A stretch of 64,000 nt of DNA from Syntrophorhabdaceae bacterium (GTDB lineage Bacteria; Desulfobacterota; Syntrophorhabdia; Syntrophorhabdales; Syntrophorhabdaceae). A program made the translations under genes and the position numbers. Position 1 is the first letter of the stretch. Each line of letters opens with the position of its first letter. The notes under the pieces are model-generated. The model had not been told where the DNA came from and made no database searches. It was given only the letters and a program-made list of their open reading frames with translations. Shown here piece after piece: positions 38,041 to 47,984 of this stretch. The stretch is from the NCBI GenBank assembly GCA_963665295.1, contig OY762209.1, positions 3,264,001 to 3,328,000 of the forward strand. Reading direction: 5' to 3'.

Positions 38041-39744
38041 TTATGCCGTACCCAAGGAGCCGAACATGGGTTCTTCCATGAGCGGGTCCGCCTCGGCCTG
38101 TCGTTCGATAATTGTATCGAGTAGCAGGTTCTCCCGGATTATAAACGAGGTCGTTCGCGTAGGATACTCTCTTATCGCGAATCTGGTCAGGGTGATAGAC
38201 GGGTTGTTCGGCACCTTCACGTATGCATGAAGATCCGGAAGGTTCATAAGCTCCGAGTCAAGTATGAGCCTTTGCCTCTTCCTCCTTTGCGTGAGAGATA
38301 CCCCGTCCCGGTAGTTTGCGACGCCCATGCTGTAGGTTTCCTCCGCCTCCATGATCTCCGTGTCTCCGATTTTGTCGACCAGGTACTTGGCGGTGCGGGG
38401 ATCGGAGACTGCGAACATGACTGATGAGCCGCAGGCATTGACGATGGTGTCGGCCACGTCCTGGGTATAGAGCTTATTAAGCTGCCCGATATCCTGTATG
38501 CCTATCCAGCAGGAACCTCCCTTGCTCCGGGAAGCGATAAGCAATTCCTTGATACTTGAGAGCCTCTGAAGGGTGCCGAACTCATCGAGGAGGAAGAAGA
38601 CCCTCCTTTGAAGATCGTCCGGAAGGGAAAGGAGTTTCTTCCCGAGAAAGTCGATGAAGAGGCTCAGGATGGGTTTCAGGGTGTCTTTAAGGTCCGACTG
38701 ATTAGTGACAAAGATGAACCCCGGCCTCTCGTTCGAGAGCCATTCGGTGACAGAAAATGCGCCCTCGTCTTTCGACATGTACTCGAACGCAGCGGTGTAC
38801 TGCATCATTGTTGCAAAGACAGAGAGCGCCTGCTTCGAGCTTGCATCTTCAATGTACCGGAAGCCTGTTTGCCCTTCCGGGGTCGCTCTCAACCAGTTGT
38901 GTATGTCTTCCCCTGGTGCGGTGACTCCTCCCCATATGTCTGAATTAGTCCTCCGGTCGTGCTGCCAGAGGTAGTGAAGTATCCCGGAGAAGACTCCCCT
39001 CGCGGCGTCGTTCCAGAACGTGTCACCGGTATAGACGGGAGGTATCAGAGAGGAAGCCATGACGTTGATATCGAGCTTCGTCTTGATGTCGGAAAAGAGG
39101 TTCCATCCCGCAGACCGGCGGTCGAGCGGATTGAAAAGAATGTCGCGGTCTGGATCGTAGAAGCGGGAGACATAGTCTCCCTTGAAGTCGTAGATCACCC
39201 CCTTCGCTTTTCGTTCGATGAGTCTCTCCACTACCTGGGAGAGAAAGACCGTCTTCCCGGTTCCGGGTCTGCCGACCGTGAGACAATGTTTCGTCTCCTC
39301 CTTCGCGGGCAGCCTGAACGACCCGAAGGGAAGGTCGCCATTGCCGATCTGCCGGGCGAACTCTTGGATGCTCACAAGGTCCGCACCGGCAAGATGCTTG
39401 GTCTCCAGTTGTCTTCTTGATCTGCCCTTGAACAGCGCGATGGCGAAGGGATACCCAAAGTAGATCGCGGAGCTTGCGAGGAAGACGCATAAGAAGTTCC
39501 AGAAGAGATACGTGAAGTAAGGCCACACAATGTTCATGTCGGGGGCGCGGAATATCTTCGCCGAGTCAAATACGTACCTCCCGACTGCGGCATACCTCTG
39601 CCCCTGAAGGAAGTACGTCACGGTGACGGTGATTATGACCTGAAGGAGAAGGAAGATAAGGAAGATGTACAGGTGCATCTTGATCGCCATGCGAAGGCCG
39701 TTGAACCATGTCTCGAATCCTTTATACGAGTTCGTGCTTTTCAC
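38041..39744 (-). CDS. Type IV coupling protein (TrwB/TraD family)
   Basis: 2 N-terminal TM; GRPGTGKT; YDFKG; NPLDRRS; FLLDEFGTL; SRSKGG; GIQDIGQL. Confidence 0.95.
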   Translation of the reverse strand: MKSTNSYKGFETWFNGLRMAIKMHLYIFLIFLLLQVIITVTVTYFLQGQRYAAVGRYVFDSAKIFRAPDMNIVWPYFTYLFWNFLCVFLASSAIYFGYPFAIALFKGRSRRQLETKHLAGADLVSIQEFARQIGNGDLPFGSFRLPAKEETKHCLTVGRPGTGKTVFLSQVVERLIERKAKGVIYDFKGDYVSRFYDPDRDILFNPLDRRSAGWNLFSDIKTKLDINVMASSLIPPVYTGDTFWNDAARGVFSGILHYLWQHDRRTNSDIWGGVTAPGEDIHNWLRATPEGQTGFRYIEDASSKQALSVFATMMQYTAAFEYMSKDEGAFSVTEWLSNERPGFIFVTNQSDLKDTLKPILSLFIDFLGKKLLSLPDDLQRRVFFLLDEFGTLQRLSSIKELLIASRSKGGSCWIGIQDIGQLNKLYTQDVADTIVNACGSSVMFAVSDPRTAKYLVDKIGDTEIMEAEETYSMGVANYRDGVSLTQRRKRQRLILDSELMNLPDLHAYVKVPNNPSITLTRFAIREYPTRTTSFIIRENLLLDTIIERQAEADPLMEEPMFGSLGTA

Positions 39745-40094
39745 TGCTCTCCTCCGTTACCCACAGTCGTCTTGAGCGTCTGAAAAAGCTGTTTCAGTTC
39801 GGTGGTGTGGTGCGCATAGGCTGTCGGATTTCCGATGGTCATCGCGTGGGCGAGATATGTAACTGTCGCGAGGAGTGCTTCTTTGTCTGGAAGCTGTTTC
39901 AGGAAAGCGCCCATGGTATTCTTCAGGTCGGCCATGTCGGTGAAGAGATTTTGAAAGGCTGCTGTCTCCTTCGCCGCCGTTTTGTCGTCGGAGAAAAGGA
40001 GATCACGGACATAGTCTGAGGTGCTTTTGCTCCCCCGGAGGCTTTGCAGTTTGGCGAATGCTTCGTCGGTGAGTTTGACCGATATATGCTTCAT
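39741..40094 (-). CDS. Ribbon-helix-helix relaxosome accessory protein (TrwA-like position)
   Basis: KHISVKLTDE.F.KL...STSDYVRDLL; between oriT and T4CP. Confidence 0.7.
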   Translation of the reverse strand: MKHISVKLTDEAFAKLQSLRGSKSTSDYVRDLLFSDDKTAAKETAAFQNLFTDMADLKNTMGAFLKQLPDKEALLATVTYLAHAMTIGNPTAYAHHTTELKQLFQTLKTTVGNGGEQ

Positions 40095-40192
40095 TCTTCT
40101 GCCTCCCTTCTTCCGGCTGCTGCTTCAAGTATGTGTTTGGGCCGGATATAGTCGAGTTTCTGACGGTCTGCGAGGGTCATTCTTACTCTCAT
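40091..40192 (-). CDS. 33-aa ORF translationally coupled to the RHH gene
   Basis: RBS AAGGAGG; ATGA overlap with the next gene. Confidence 0.45.
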   Translation of the reverse strand: MRVRMTLADRQKLDYIRPKHILEAAAGRREAEE

Positions 40193-40214
40193 GCTTTCCT
40201 CCTTTTTGCCTATT

Positions 40215-40420
40215 TTGGTGGTGAAACCGGTACTACAAATGGGTGGTACCGGTTGGACTGCCGATCCTAAGCAATTACCCAATGTTTCAAGTCCCATCAA
40301 ATGATGGTACTACGCTCACGAGGACCGGTTTCACCGCCAAAGCTCAATGAATCCAAAGTCTTCCGCCGAGGCGGTAAAACGGCTTGCAAATGGTCCCTTT
40401 TGCGTTAGGTGTGTACCCCT
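40215..40420 (+). other. Putative oriT with MOBF-type nic site (predicted nick 40412/40413)
   Basis: GCAAA-tggtccct-TTTGCGTTAGGTGT^GTAC; 17-bp inverted repeat 40215-40231/40324-40340. Confidence 0.75.
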
Positions 40421-40501
40421 TTAGTGCCCGGCTTGCTCTACGGGAAAAACAGAGCAAAGAGAGAATAGTCTTCCATCCCGAATGGTTCTTTTTCTTGAAG
40501 A

Positions 40502-40690
40502 TCATAATAATACCTCCTCTATTTCCTTCCGGAATTTGTCTGTGTCGAAGGCTTTGAAACCTGATTCATAGTGCTTCATGGTGACCCTTCCGACTTTGAT
40601 CATCTGCTGCTCTTCGAGGCGGTCTGCCTGGGCTAAAAGGTCCTTCGCTTTCTGCCTGAGTTGGGCCGGTGTACCGTTTCTCTGTGTCAT
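40502..40690 (-). CDS. Small hypothetical protein coupled to relaxase
   Basis: ATGA overlap with relaxase stop; helical 62 aa. Confidence 0.65.
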   Translation of the reverse strand: MTQRNGTPAQLRQKAKDLLAQADRLEEQQMIKVGRVTMKHYESGFKAFDTDKFRKEIEEVLL

Positions 40691-43404
40691 CTTCCTTCCC
40701 TCCCTATGTGGATTTGCGGGGCACGGACGGGTGCCTTTTGTATCGGTGGACGCGTTAGTGTCTTGGTTGCATAGTCGAGACTTGATGTTTTTGTGATCTC
40801 CTTCTTGACCTGCTCCCGAAGTTTTTCCGTCCCGTTGGTGTAGACCCTGACGTCGTCTTTCCCCCGAGTCATGGCGACGTAAAATGAGTTGTAGGAGGTG
40901 GGCTTCTCCGTGTTGGCGTGGAAGATCACGCGCTTACTCGTCTGACCCTGGCTTTTGTAATCCGTCACGGCGTACCCGTGGTCGAGGTAATTGTAGCTCC
41001 GGGGGATACTGAAGGTAACATCTTTGCCGGTGTCCGTCTTGACCGTGAGGTTGCCCCTTTCATCGAGGCTTTTGACCTCCCCGGTAAGCCCGTTCTGCAC
41101 TCCGAGGTTCTTGTCGTTTTTCAAGAAGACTACCTTCTCTCCTTGGGTAAAGGGAAGGAGTCTCTCCTGATAGACCCCGAGCTTATGTCCGTGCTTGCTC
41201 ACGTCGATGGTTGCATTCTGTCCGTAGACGGTAACGATGCTGATCTCCTGGCTCTGTGGATCGGTAGAAGTCACCCGGCCCTGGTCACCGAGCCTGAACC
41301 CCGGAAGGCTCTTGTTGACCGCCACAATGTCACCGGGAGAATAGGACTGCGCGAAGTGCCGCTCGACAGGAGGAATGATCTTCGGTTCCCTCACCGCGAA
41401 GGTGTGTTCGGGTTGTGCGAACGCGCCCTTGTCCCTGAGCTTACCTCTGATATGCCGGTTCAGTTCTCCCCGATCTTTGTTGAAAGGGGTCACGACGAGG
41501 GTGTTTGTATAGTCCTTCTGTGACACAAACTCTTTGACAATAGCGTCCCGTCTCTCCCGGTCGTCCACGATCTCGTGGACCTTGCTCCGGTCCTGCATTC
41601 TGGTGAAGGCCCTATCTATTCTCCGCTCCGCGATGTCCGCCACGATCTCCTTGTACTCCTCGTCTTTCTGACGGAGTGTCTCCTTCATGTGAACCGTTTT
41701 CATCACTCCGGATTCCTGGAGTTTCTGGAACATCCTCCCGGCCTCGATTGACTGAAGCTGTTTTGTGTCCCCTACCAGAACGACTCTGGCATTCGCTTCT
41801 TTGGCCGTGTTGACAAGATCGCCCATCTGCTTTGAGCCGACCATGGATACCTCGTCCACGAACCAGGCTTCTTTCTCCGAGGGGGCAAACTCCGGCCTCT
41901 GCACTTTGGGCAAAAAGCTGTGTAGGGTTTGCGATTCCACACCCGCTCCGGTCTGCAATTCCTTCGCCGCCTTGCCCGTGAAGCTCAAGCCCCTTACGGC
42001 GTAACCGTGCTTCTCAAGCTGCTCCCTTGCCGCACGGAGCATGGAGGTCTTCCCCGTGCCTGCGTCTCCTTGGATGCCGATGACCCTGTCCTGAGAAGTA
42101 AGGATGTGCTCCACAGCCTTCTTTTGATCTGCGGTAAGGTAGTCATAACGTTCCCTGGTCCTCTCTTCTACCTGGGCAGCATTAAGAACTGCGGGCATGG
42201 TGCCCCGCCCCTCGTCCACTGCGGTGACGATGCCGTTTTCTATGGCCGTCATTTCCTTCGTGGTGTACACTCCTGCATCTTTGTCGAGGGTGACAATGCT
42301 CTTACCCTTCAGACGGTAAAACGCCTCCTCAAGGGCCTTGTTCCGGTGAGTCCCTCCGGAGATCCTCGCGGCGGTCTTCATCACATCCTCGCGAGTGAAG
42401 GTTGACTCCTGTTCGTTGAGGGCAGAAGACGCCATCTTGATGGTGCCCTGTGCGGTGAGGGTCATTCCTTCGGGCTTTTGAAGTTCTGCCTGCTTTGAGA
42501 GAGACTCTGCAATATGTTCTTTGGAAAAGCCGATACCCTCAAGCTGCCGGTCCCATGAGTCGTGTAAGACTTCACGGTCTATGGTCTTCTTCGTCTGGCG
42601 GGTATCCAGGCACGCCATCTGCCGGAGCTCGCCCGCCGTGGCGAGGGGAAGACGTTCCTTCAGGGCCTCCATGGCCCCGTCGATCTGGTCCTGTCTTTTA
42701 GCAAAGTGCTCCTCGATCCTTTCGTCTATCCCCTCGATGTGGGCATATCGTGAGTTGCCCGTATCGTACTTTGCCATGGTGACGGTATAGCCCCTCTCCT
42801 TCAATTCCGCTGCAAGCTCGTTCTCATACATGGCGGTGAGAAGCTCTCTTGCGAATATCTTTTCATTTGCCACTGCCCGCCACTCGCCGTCCTTTCTCTT
42901 GGTCATGTTGGCAACTACTATGTGAGAATGAAGCTGCGGGTCCATCTCGCGGGAAGTGAAGTGATCGAACCGGGCGGCAATCATGTTGCCCGTACCCATG
43001 CGGCGGGTTGTGCCGTCGACTCTCCCCCTCGCTTCCACAAGGTTCTCTTCCACGTACTTCATGACCGACTCAACGGCTGCGTGGTGAGAATCCATCATAT
43101 GGGCTCTCTGTTCCTCGCTGCCGAAAGCCCACACAAGAGAAACGCTTTTTGACGGAGCAAAGTGCAGGTCCCAGCCGACGCGGTGCTTGCCGTTGGATGC
43201 CGCTTCCACAAGTACATTGTCCTGAGAGTCCTTCCCTTCAAGGATAGCCTGGAAGGTGGGCAAGTCCACTTCTTTGAGGTTGAGCGCCTCCGCTCCTTTC
43301 CCCATCCAGGCCCGTCCTCCGGATTGGTCCCGTGTGTAGTAATCATCCTTCTTGAAGTAGTTTGCAGCGTCTCCCGCATTGGTGATCGGTGTGATAGTCT
43401 GCAT
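40687..43404 (-). CDS. MOBF relaxase-helicase (TrwC/TraI-like)
   Basis: YF..DDYY; DLHFAPSKSVS; HFTSREMDPQLHSH; QGDAGTGKT; HGYAVTDYKSQG. Confidence 0.96.
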   Translation of the reverse strand: MQTITPITNAGDAANYFKKDDYYTRDQSGGRAWMGKGAEALNLKEVDLPTFQAILEGKDSQDNVLVEAASNGKHRVGWDLHFAPSKSVSLVWAFGSEEQRAHMMDSHHAAVESVMKYVEENLVEARGRVDGTTRRMGTGNMIAARFDHFTSREMDPQLHSHIVVANMTKRKDGEWRAVANEKIFARELLTAMYENELAAELKERGYTVTMAKYDTGNSRYAHIEGIDERIEEHFAKRQDQIDGAMEALKERLPLATAGELRQMACLDTRQTKKTIDREVLHDSWDRQLEGIGFSKEHIAESLSKQAELQKPEGMTLTAQGTIKMASSALNEQESTFTREDVMKTAARISGGTHRNKALEEAFYRLKGKSIVTLDKDAGVYTTKEMTAIENGIVTAVDEGRGTMPAVLNAAQVEERTRERYDYLTADQKKAVEHILTSQDRVIGIQGDAGTGKTSMLRAAREQLEKHGYAVRGLSFTGKAAKELQTGAGVESQTLHSFLPKVQRPEFAPSEKEAWFVDEVSMVGSKQMGDLVNTAKEANARVVLVGDTKQLQSIEAGRMFQKLQESGVMKTVHMKETLRQKDEEYKEIVADIAERRIDRAFTRMQDRSKVHEIVDDRERRDAIVKEFVSQKDYTNTLVVTPFNKDRGELNRHIRGKLRDKGAFAQPEHTFAVREPKIIPPVERHFAQSYSPGDIVAVNKSLPGFRLGDQGRVTSTDPQSQEISIVTVYGQNATIDVSKHGHKLGVYQERLLPFTQGEKVVFLKNDKNLGVQNGLTGEVKSLDERGNLTVKTDTGKDVTFSIPRSYNYLDHGYAVTDYKSQGQTSKRVIFHANTEKPTSYNSFYVAMTRGKDDVRVYTNGTEKLREQVKKEITKTSSLDYATKTLTRPPIQKAPVRAPQIHIGREGR

Positions 43405-43414
43405 GGCATCCTCC

Positions 43415-44731
43415 CTATGTCCGGTAGCGTTTGAGGATCAGGTCTTTGTTGACGAACACATTGAATTTCATGCCCGGCCTGATTTCTATGGTGGGTTGTA
43501 CGTTAAGGTTTCTGTCTGCGAACTTCGCGCCAACCGTGGAGACCTGCTGAGCCGCGCCTGAGGTTGCCTGCTGAGAGAATGTGGCGGTTCCCACGTCATT
43601 GTTGCCTGCGGCAACTTTCGCACCGGCAGAGAGCATGGAACTCAGAACTACGCCGGTGATGAGCTTGCCGTAGTGATTGTTCACCTTGTCCTTCATACCT
43701 GCGTACCCTGAGAGGTCCACGCCTGCCATTCCCTCAAGGTCTATGGAATCACCGTTCGGGAAGATGAGGCGGGTCCATACGATCAACACCCTCTCCTGGG
43801 AATAGGCCACCTTGGAATCATACGTGCCTATGACCCGTGTGCCTTGCGGGATCAAGAGATACTTCCCGGTCACGGTATCATACACATTTTCCCTCACCTG
43901 TCCCGTGAGCTTGCCGGGAAGGTCGGAGTTGATACCGGTAATCATCACACCGGGAATAATGGAGCCTGCCTTAACCTCGTATTTTGAGAGAGGAGATATG
44001 ACTCCGCTCTTCACATAGACATCCTTGGTTGCCTTTTCGTTGTCCACGACAAAGTCCCGCTTCGCGGCCTGCATGTTCTGGTCATCATCTTTCTGCCACG
44101 GCATGACCGGGACGTTGACCTGGGCGGGCAGGACAGCGGGGATCGGGGGGAGCGATGAAGCCTGCGGGGTCGTACTCGGTGCATTCAGGAACCTGATCGG
44201 ACTCTTTCTCGCGTCCAGGCGCTCCTTTTCTGCCTCGGACAGTTGAGGGACGCCGCCGCCCGCCTGGGCATTGTACTGGTTGATCGAGGCCGGGGAGATA
44301 GCCTTTACGCTGCCCACGCCTTCGTCGGGGATAGCCCCTTTCCCCGGAATGTCGCCCCTTTTGATCTGCTGCGCCTCCTGGAAGCTCCTCAAACCCGCGT
44401 ACGTGTCGGGTGCGGTAGATATGGCTTCAGGGGTGGGGGCGTAGTTCGTGGTTTGCGGCTTCTTTGCGCTCTCCTCGGCCTCCTCGCGGGGAGTGAGCTT
44501 CTTCGGGGGCTGCAACGCGGCCATGAAGGCAAAGATCATGACGAGCCCCGCGACCGACGCGAGGATCATGAGCATTTTACGGTTAAACCTCGTGCCCGTG
44601 GGGGCAGGGGGATGGAGGATGCTGCCGGTTACCTCCTTGGGGTCTTCGCTATCGGGCTCGACCGGCTTCGCCGGGGGCTGATTCCCTTTCTTGAAGAATG
44701 ATGAGAATTTGATGTCTGGGAAGAATTTCAT
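43415..44731 (-). CDS. trbI: T4SS TrbI/VirB10
   Basis: AGSIIPGVMITGINSDLPG; D.VNNH; PTIEIRPG. Confidence 0.95.
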   Translation of the reverse strand: MKFFPDIKFSSFFKKGNQPPAKPVEPDSEDPKEVTGSILHPPAPTGTRFNRKMLMILASVAGLVMIFAFMAALQPPKKLTPREEAEESAKKPQTTNYAPTPEAISTAPDTYAGLRSFQEAQQIKRGDIPGKGAIPDEGVGSVKAISPASINQYNAQAGGGVPQLSEAEKERLDARKSPIRFLNAPSTTPQASSLPPIPAVLPAQVNVPVMPWQKDDDQNMQAAKRDFVVDNEKATKDVYVKSGVISPLSKYEVKAGSIIPGVMITGINSDLPGKLTGQVRENVYDTVTGKYLLIPQGTRVIGTYDSKVAYSQERVLIVWTRLIFPNGDSIDLEGMAGVDLSGYAGMKDKVNNHYGKLITGVVLSSMLSAGAKVAAGNNDVGTATFSQQATSGAAQQVSTVGAKFADRNLNVQPTIEIRPGMKFNVFVNKDLILKRYRT

Positions 44732-44741
44732 GCGCCCCTCC

Positions 44742-45728
44742 TTACTGTTCCTTGTTGATCTTCTTGATGACCACTATCTCTTTCAGGCCGTTGCGCATTT
44801 CTGCCTGGGCGAAGAGGCGGTCAACGATGTAATAGTTCTTCTTGACCCTATAGTTGACGAGAGTTACTTCCTTCCCGTCGCTCACGAAGAGCGCGGGGGC
44901 CTCTCCCGAAGACATGGTCGCAGCCATCTGGATATAGGTCTTTGAACCGTCGTCAAAGACCATCTTCGGGGTCCAGGAATAGGAGCCTCCGAAGAAGCCC
45001 GACCTTTCTTCGATCTTGTAACTAAAATTCATCTTCTCGGGGGTGACGGTGCTCGAAATCTGCTCCTCTTCTTTCTCTTTCTTCTCCGCTTGCTGTCTTA
45101 AATACGCGGCTTTTTCGTCGAGGGGATAGGTCCATCCTATGATAGGGTTGTAGACGCTCCCGGCGCGAGCTCTGATCTGATACGAGCGCCGGTCTGTGGC
45201 GATCATGAAATTGGTCGCGATATTGCTTTTCATCGGTTTTACATAAACGTGCCATTGCTTTGCATCGCCGGTTCCCGACTGAGCCCGGTCCACGATCCAG
45301 CGGGTTGTGTCGCCGCCGCCTATGTAGAGAATGTCTTCTCCCGGTTGTAACTGTATGTCGGTAAGGTGCCCTTCATGACAGTAGATTTGATAGAGCCCAG
45401 TCGGCTTGTAGGAGAAGAAGGATTTCGCCTGTACCTGTACGGCCTCGGACACGTTCTGCAAACCCTCGCGGGTGGCCACGTCGATTGACTTCGATGCTTT
45501 GAGGGCATCCCTTTCTTCCTTGGGAGTCATGGGCTCCTCGGGCTCCTGCGGGAGGTCCGGGAGCTTCTGCGGCTGGACTGTGCTGGTGGGCTTGGTGGCG
45601 GGTCCGTCCCCCGCCGTGGCGAGAGGAATAGCGGAAGGCAGGCAGCAAAGGGCGATAAGGCCGCCTCCGACGATACCTGCGAGAAACGCCTTGTAAATGT
45701 CTTTGAGTGGAGAACCATTGATTTGCAT
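44742..45728 (-). CDS. trbG: T4SS TrbG/VirB9
   Basis: TDIQLQPGE; GDTTRW; TDRRSY; VFDDGSKT; VNYRV...YIVDRLF. Confidence 0.93.
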   Translation of the reverse strand: MQINGSPLKDIYKAFLAGIVGGGLIALCCLPSAIPLATAGDGPATKPTSTVQPQKLPDLPQEPEEPMTPKEERDALKASKSIDVATREGLQNVSEAVQVQAKSFFSYKPTGLYQIYCHEGHLTDIQLQPGEDILYIGGGDTTRWIVDRAQSGTGDAKQWHVYVKPMKSNIATNFMIATDRRSYQIRARAGSVYNPIIGWTYPLDEKAAYLRQQAEKKEKEEEQISSTVTPEKMNFSYKIEERSGFFGGSYSWTPKMVFDDGSKTYIQMAATMSSGEAPALFVSDGKEVTLVNYRVKKNYYIVDRLFAQAEMRNGLKEIVVIKKINKEQ

Positions 45729-45739
45729 AATAAACCTCC

Positions 45740-46429
45740 TTAAAGTTCCTTTGACCATGAGAAGTCGCTTATATAGAGCCCCAGCGGGTTTGACATGATC
45801 TCTTTTTCATTCGTGGGTTGGGTAAAATCGATAGTCACAAGGCCGGTCATCCGGTACGACTGTTTCGGGGAGCCTTCCTTCGAGAATACGTCCTCGGTCC
45901 ATCTGATCTGATAGGTTTTGTCCGACATCTTCACGATTGCTGCGGGGGTGACCGATATGGTCTCTTCCCCGATCTTCGACATGGGGTCGTCCTTTCTTAC
46001 GATCTCGTTCATTTTAAGGGCTGCTTTCTGGCGCATGGATCCGTAGGCGCTTATCCATGAGTGTTTCTTCAAAATAGGATCGAGGGGCAAGGCCCTCACG
46101 TCCTTTATCCACTTGGCCAGGAAGTACCTTATCTCCGGATCGTTTGGGCCTCTGTTGCCCTGAATTGCCTTGCTCACGGCGAGAAGCTCGCCGCCCGGAC
46201 CTACTTCCACGATATAGGGCGCTACGCTGCTCTTGGCCGATTGGTAGATAAGGCCGATAACGAGCATAAAGCAGAGCCCCAAGGCAGCGAAGAAAGCGAG
46301 ACGCCAGTTGTACGCCTGCACTCTCGCGCTGCCTATGCGGTTGTCCCATATCTCCTTCGCCTTGAGATAAGGGGAGAGGGGTATGCCCTCGGGCTTGTAT
46401 GTTTGGGTTGGTTGGTTAAGCTCGCTCAT
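45740..46429 (-). CDS. trbF: T4SS TrbF/VirB8
   Basis: PY..A...WD.RIGSARVQA.NWR; NPLGLY. Confidence 0.95.
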   Translation of the reverse strand: MSELNQPTQTYKPEGIPLSPYLKAKEIWDNRIGSARVQAYNWRLAFFAALGLCFMLVIGLIYQSAKSSVAPYIVEVGPGGELLAVSKAIQGNRGPNDPEIRYFLAKWIKDVRALPLDPILKKHSWISAYGSMRQKAALKMNEIVRKDDPMSKIGEETISVTPAAIVKMSDKTYQIRWTEDVFSKEGSPKQSYRMTGLVTIDFTQPTNEKEIMSNPLGLYISDFSWSKEL

Positions 46430-47700
46430 GATTCATCACCTCCTTTAAGGTTTGGTCTTGCGCTTCCTCCCCCCTCTCCATGGGAAGGAGGAACGGAATT
46501 GTGGACATATCTGATTTTGCGGGCCAGGCGGTCAAAGTCCATTTTCGGGGTCTCCTGCCGGGTGACGCCTGAACCGGCGCTGTGTCCTCCCCCGCCCCCT
46601 GTGTTGGACGAACCTCCGGAATCGTCGAGCATCGAGGCGGCGGTCTCCTTGCCTGAATCGAAGGAGGATGCGAAGGAGTCCGATATCTTGTGCGCCCCTT
46701 TGGATACGTACGCTCCTCCGAGTCTTGTAATTCCCGCAATGCCTCCGGACCGGTAGGCTTCGGATATCTGCCCTCCTCCCCGAACCGCCGCCATGGTTGC
46801 CTTATGACCTGCATGTATACCGGCGCTGCCTAAAGTAGCGCCTGCCCAGCCAAGACCGACAGCGGCAGCGCCCCCGGCAACGGCCATGCCTGCGGCACTC
46901 CCTGCGGTAAGGGTCGGGTGTCCGGAGAGCAAGCCTGCTGCCATGGTGGGGGCGTGCCAGGAAAGGAACATGAGGGCGCAAGCGCCGAGGAACAAACAGA
47001 GACACTGTTTCAGGGTAGGGTCTACGGGTAAGGCCCATGCCTTGACAAGTGGGATCGTAACCGCTGCAATGAAGGAAAGGACCATGAGCTTTATCCCGAA
47101 GGAGAGAACCGCCCCGATAGCCTTCTCTCCGAGAAACGCGGTGTGTTTGTTAACACCGAAGGGCAGAAGGATCAAAGCGAGGGCGCCGACAACGTAGAAT
47201 TCGAGATAGGTGATGAATATCTGTATCCCGATGATGAAGAAGCAGAAGATTATGAGCAATCCCATCAGGCCGGTGAAGATTATGTCCGGTAGGTTCTTCA
47301 CGATGTCTATGGTGCTAAGGTTGTTGATATGGTCGAAGATAGGGGAGGTCAGCATGATACCTTCATCAGCCAAGGAAGATGGATCGGACAGCAGACTCTC
47401 TGCGAGAGACCCCCCTCCGGCTTTAAGGCCAATTGCTTTGAAACTGTTGAGAACTACCTGGGCCAGATTCTTGTAGTCGACGACGAGCCATATGAAAAAC
47501 CCATACTTGAGCGTCTTTGTGATCAGGGTCTTCATGTGGTCGCCATCGCTGAGATTGAGGAGGACGGCGAGGAGAAGGTCTATGACCATGAGAATTCCGA
47601 GAAGCCACTTTGCGTCGCCGTGGATGAAGCCTATGCCGTTTGCAAAAGCCGACATGAAGTTGTTGAACAGACTGGTGAGGATGCCTATATCTGGAGTCAT
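46426..47700 (-). CDS. trbL: T4SS TrbL/VirB6
   Basis: Multi-TM; QIFITYLEF; T.FLGEKAIG; Gly/Ala-rich tail. Confidence 0.93.
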   Translation of the reverse strand: MTPDIGILTSLFNNFMSAFANGIGFIHGDAKWLLGILMVIDLLLAVLLNLSDGDHMKTLITKTLKYGFFIWLVVDYKNLAQVVLNSFKAIGLKAGGGSLAESLLSDPSSLADEGIMLTSPIFDHINNLSTIDIVKNLPDIIFTGLMGLLIIFCFFIIGIQIFITYLEFYVVGALALILLPFGVNKHTAFLGEKAIGAVLSFGIKLMVLSFIAAVTIPLVKAWALPVDPTLKQCLCLFLGACALMFLSWHAPTMAAGLLSGHPTLTAGSAAGMAVAGGAAAVGLGWAGATLGSAGIHAGHKATMAAVRGGGQISEAYRSGGIAGITRLGGAYVSKGAHKISDSFASSFDSGKETAASMLDDSGGSSNTGGGGGHSAGSGVTRQETPKMDFDRLARKIRYVHNSVPPSHGEGGGSARPNLKGGDES

Positions 47701-47710
47701 GTTCTCCTCC

Positions 47711-47974
47711 TTAGAAGTTCTTGAACCCCTTGCCCTTGCCCGGTCCCGCAAGCGGACTCGTCTTCGGGGGGTCAAGGTCCAATGCTTTTTTCACGTTTGC
47801 CTGGCTAACCGCCGTGCACTCTCTATCAGCCATTTTCTCGGCTTCGGACATTTTCGAACATATTGCCATCTTGGCCTTCATTTCCTCCGGGTGGGCCGTG
47901 TAATATTGGGCATCTTTTGACCCGCAAGCCGCCAACATGAGTAACGCAACAGAAACAAGAATGAGTCTTCTCAT
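47711..47974 (-). CDS. Entry-exclusion lipoprotein (TrbK/EexN-like)
   Basis: Lipobox LAAC; YY.AHPEE...C...C; lies between trbJ and trbL. Confidence 0.8.
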   Translation of the reverse strand: MRRLILVSVALLMLAACGSKDAQYYTAHPEEMKAKMAICSKMSEAEKMADRECTAVSQANVKKALDLDPPKTSPLAGPGKGKGFKNF

Positions 47975-47984
47975 AGATTCCTCC

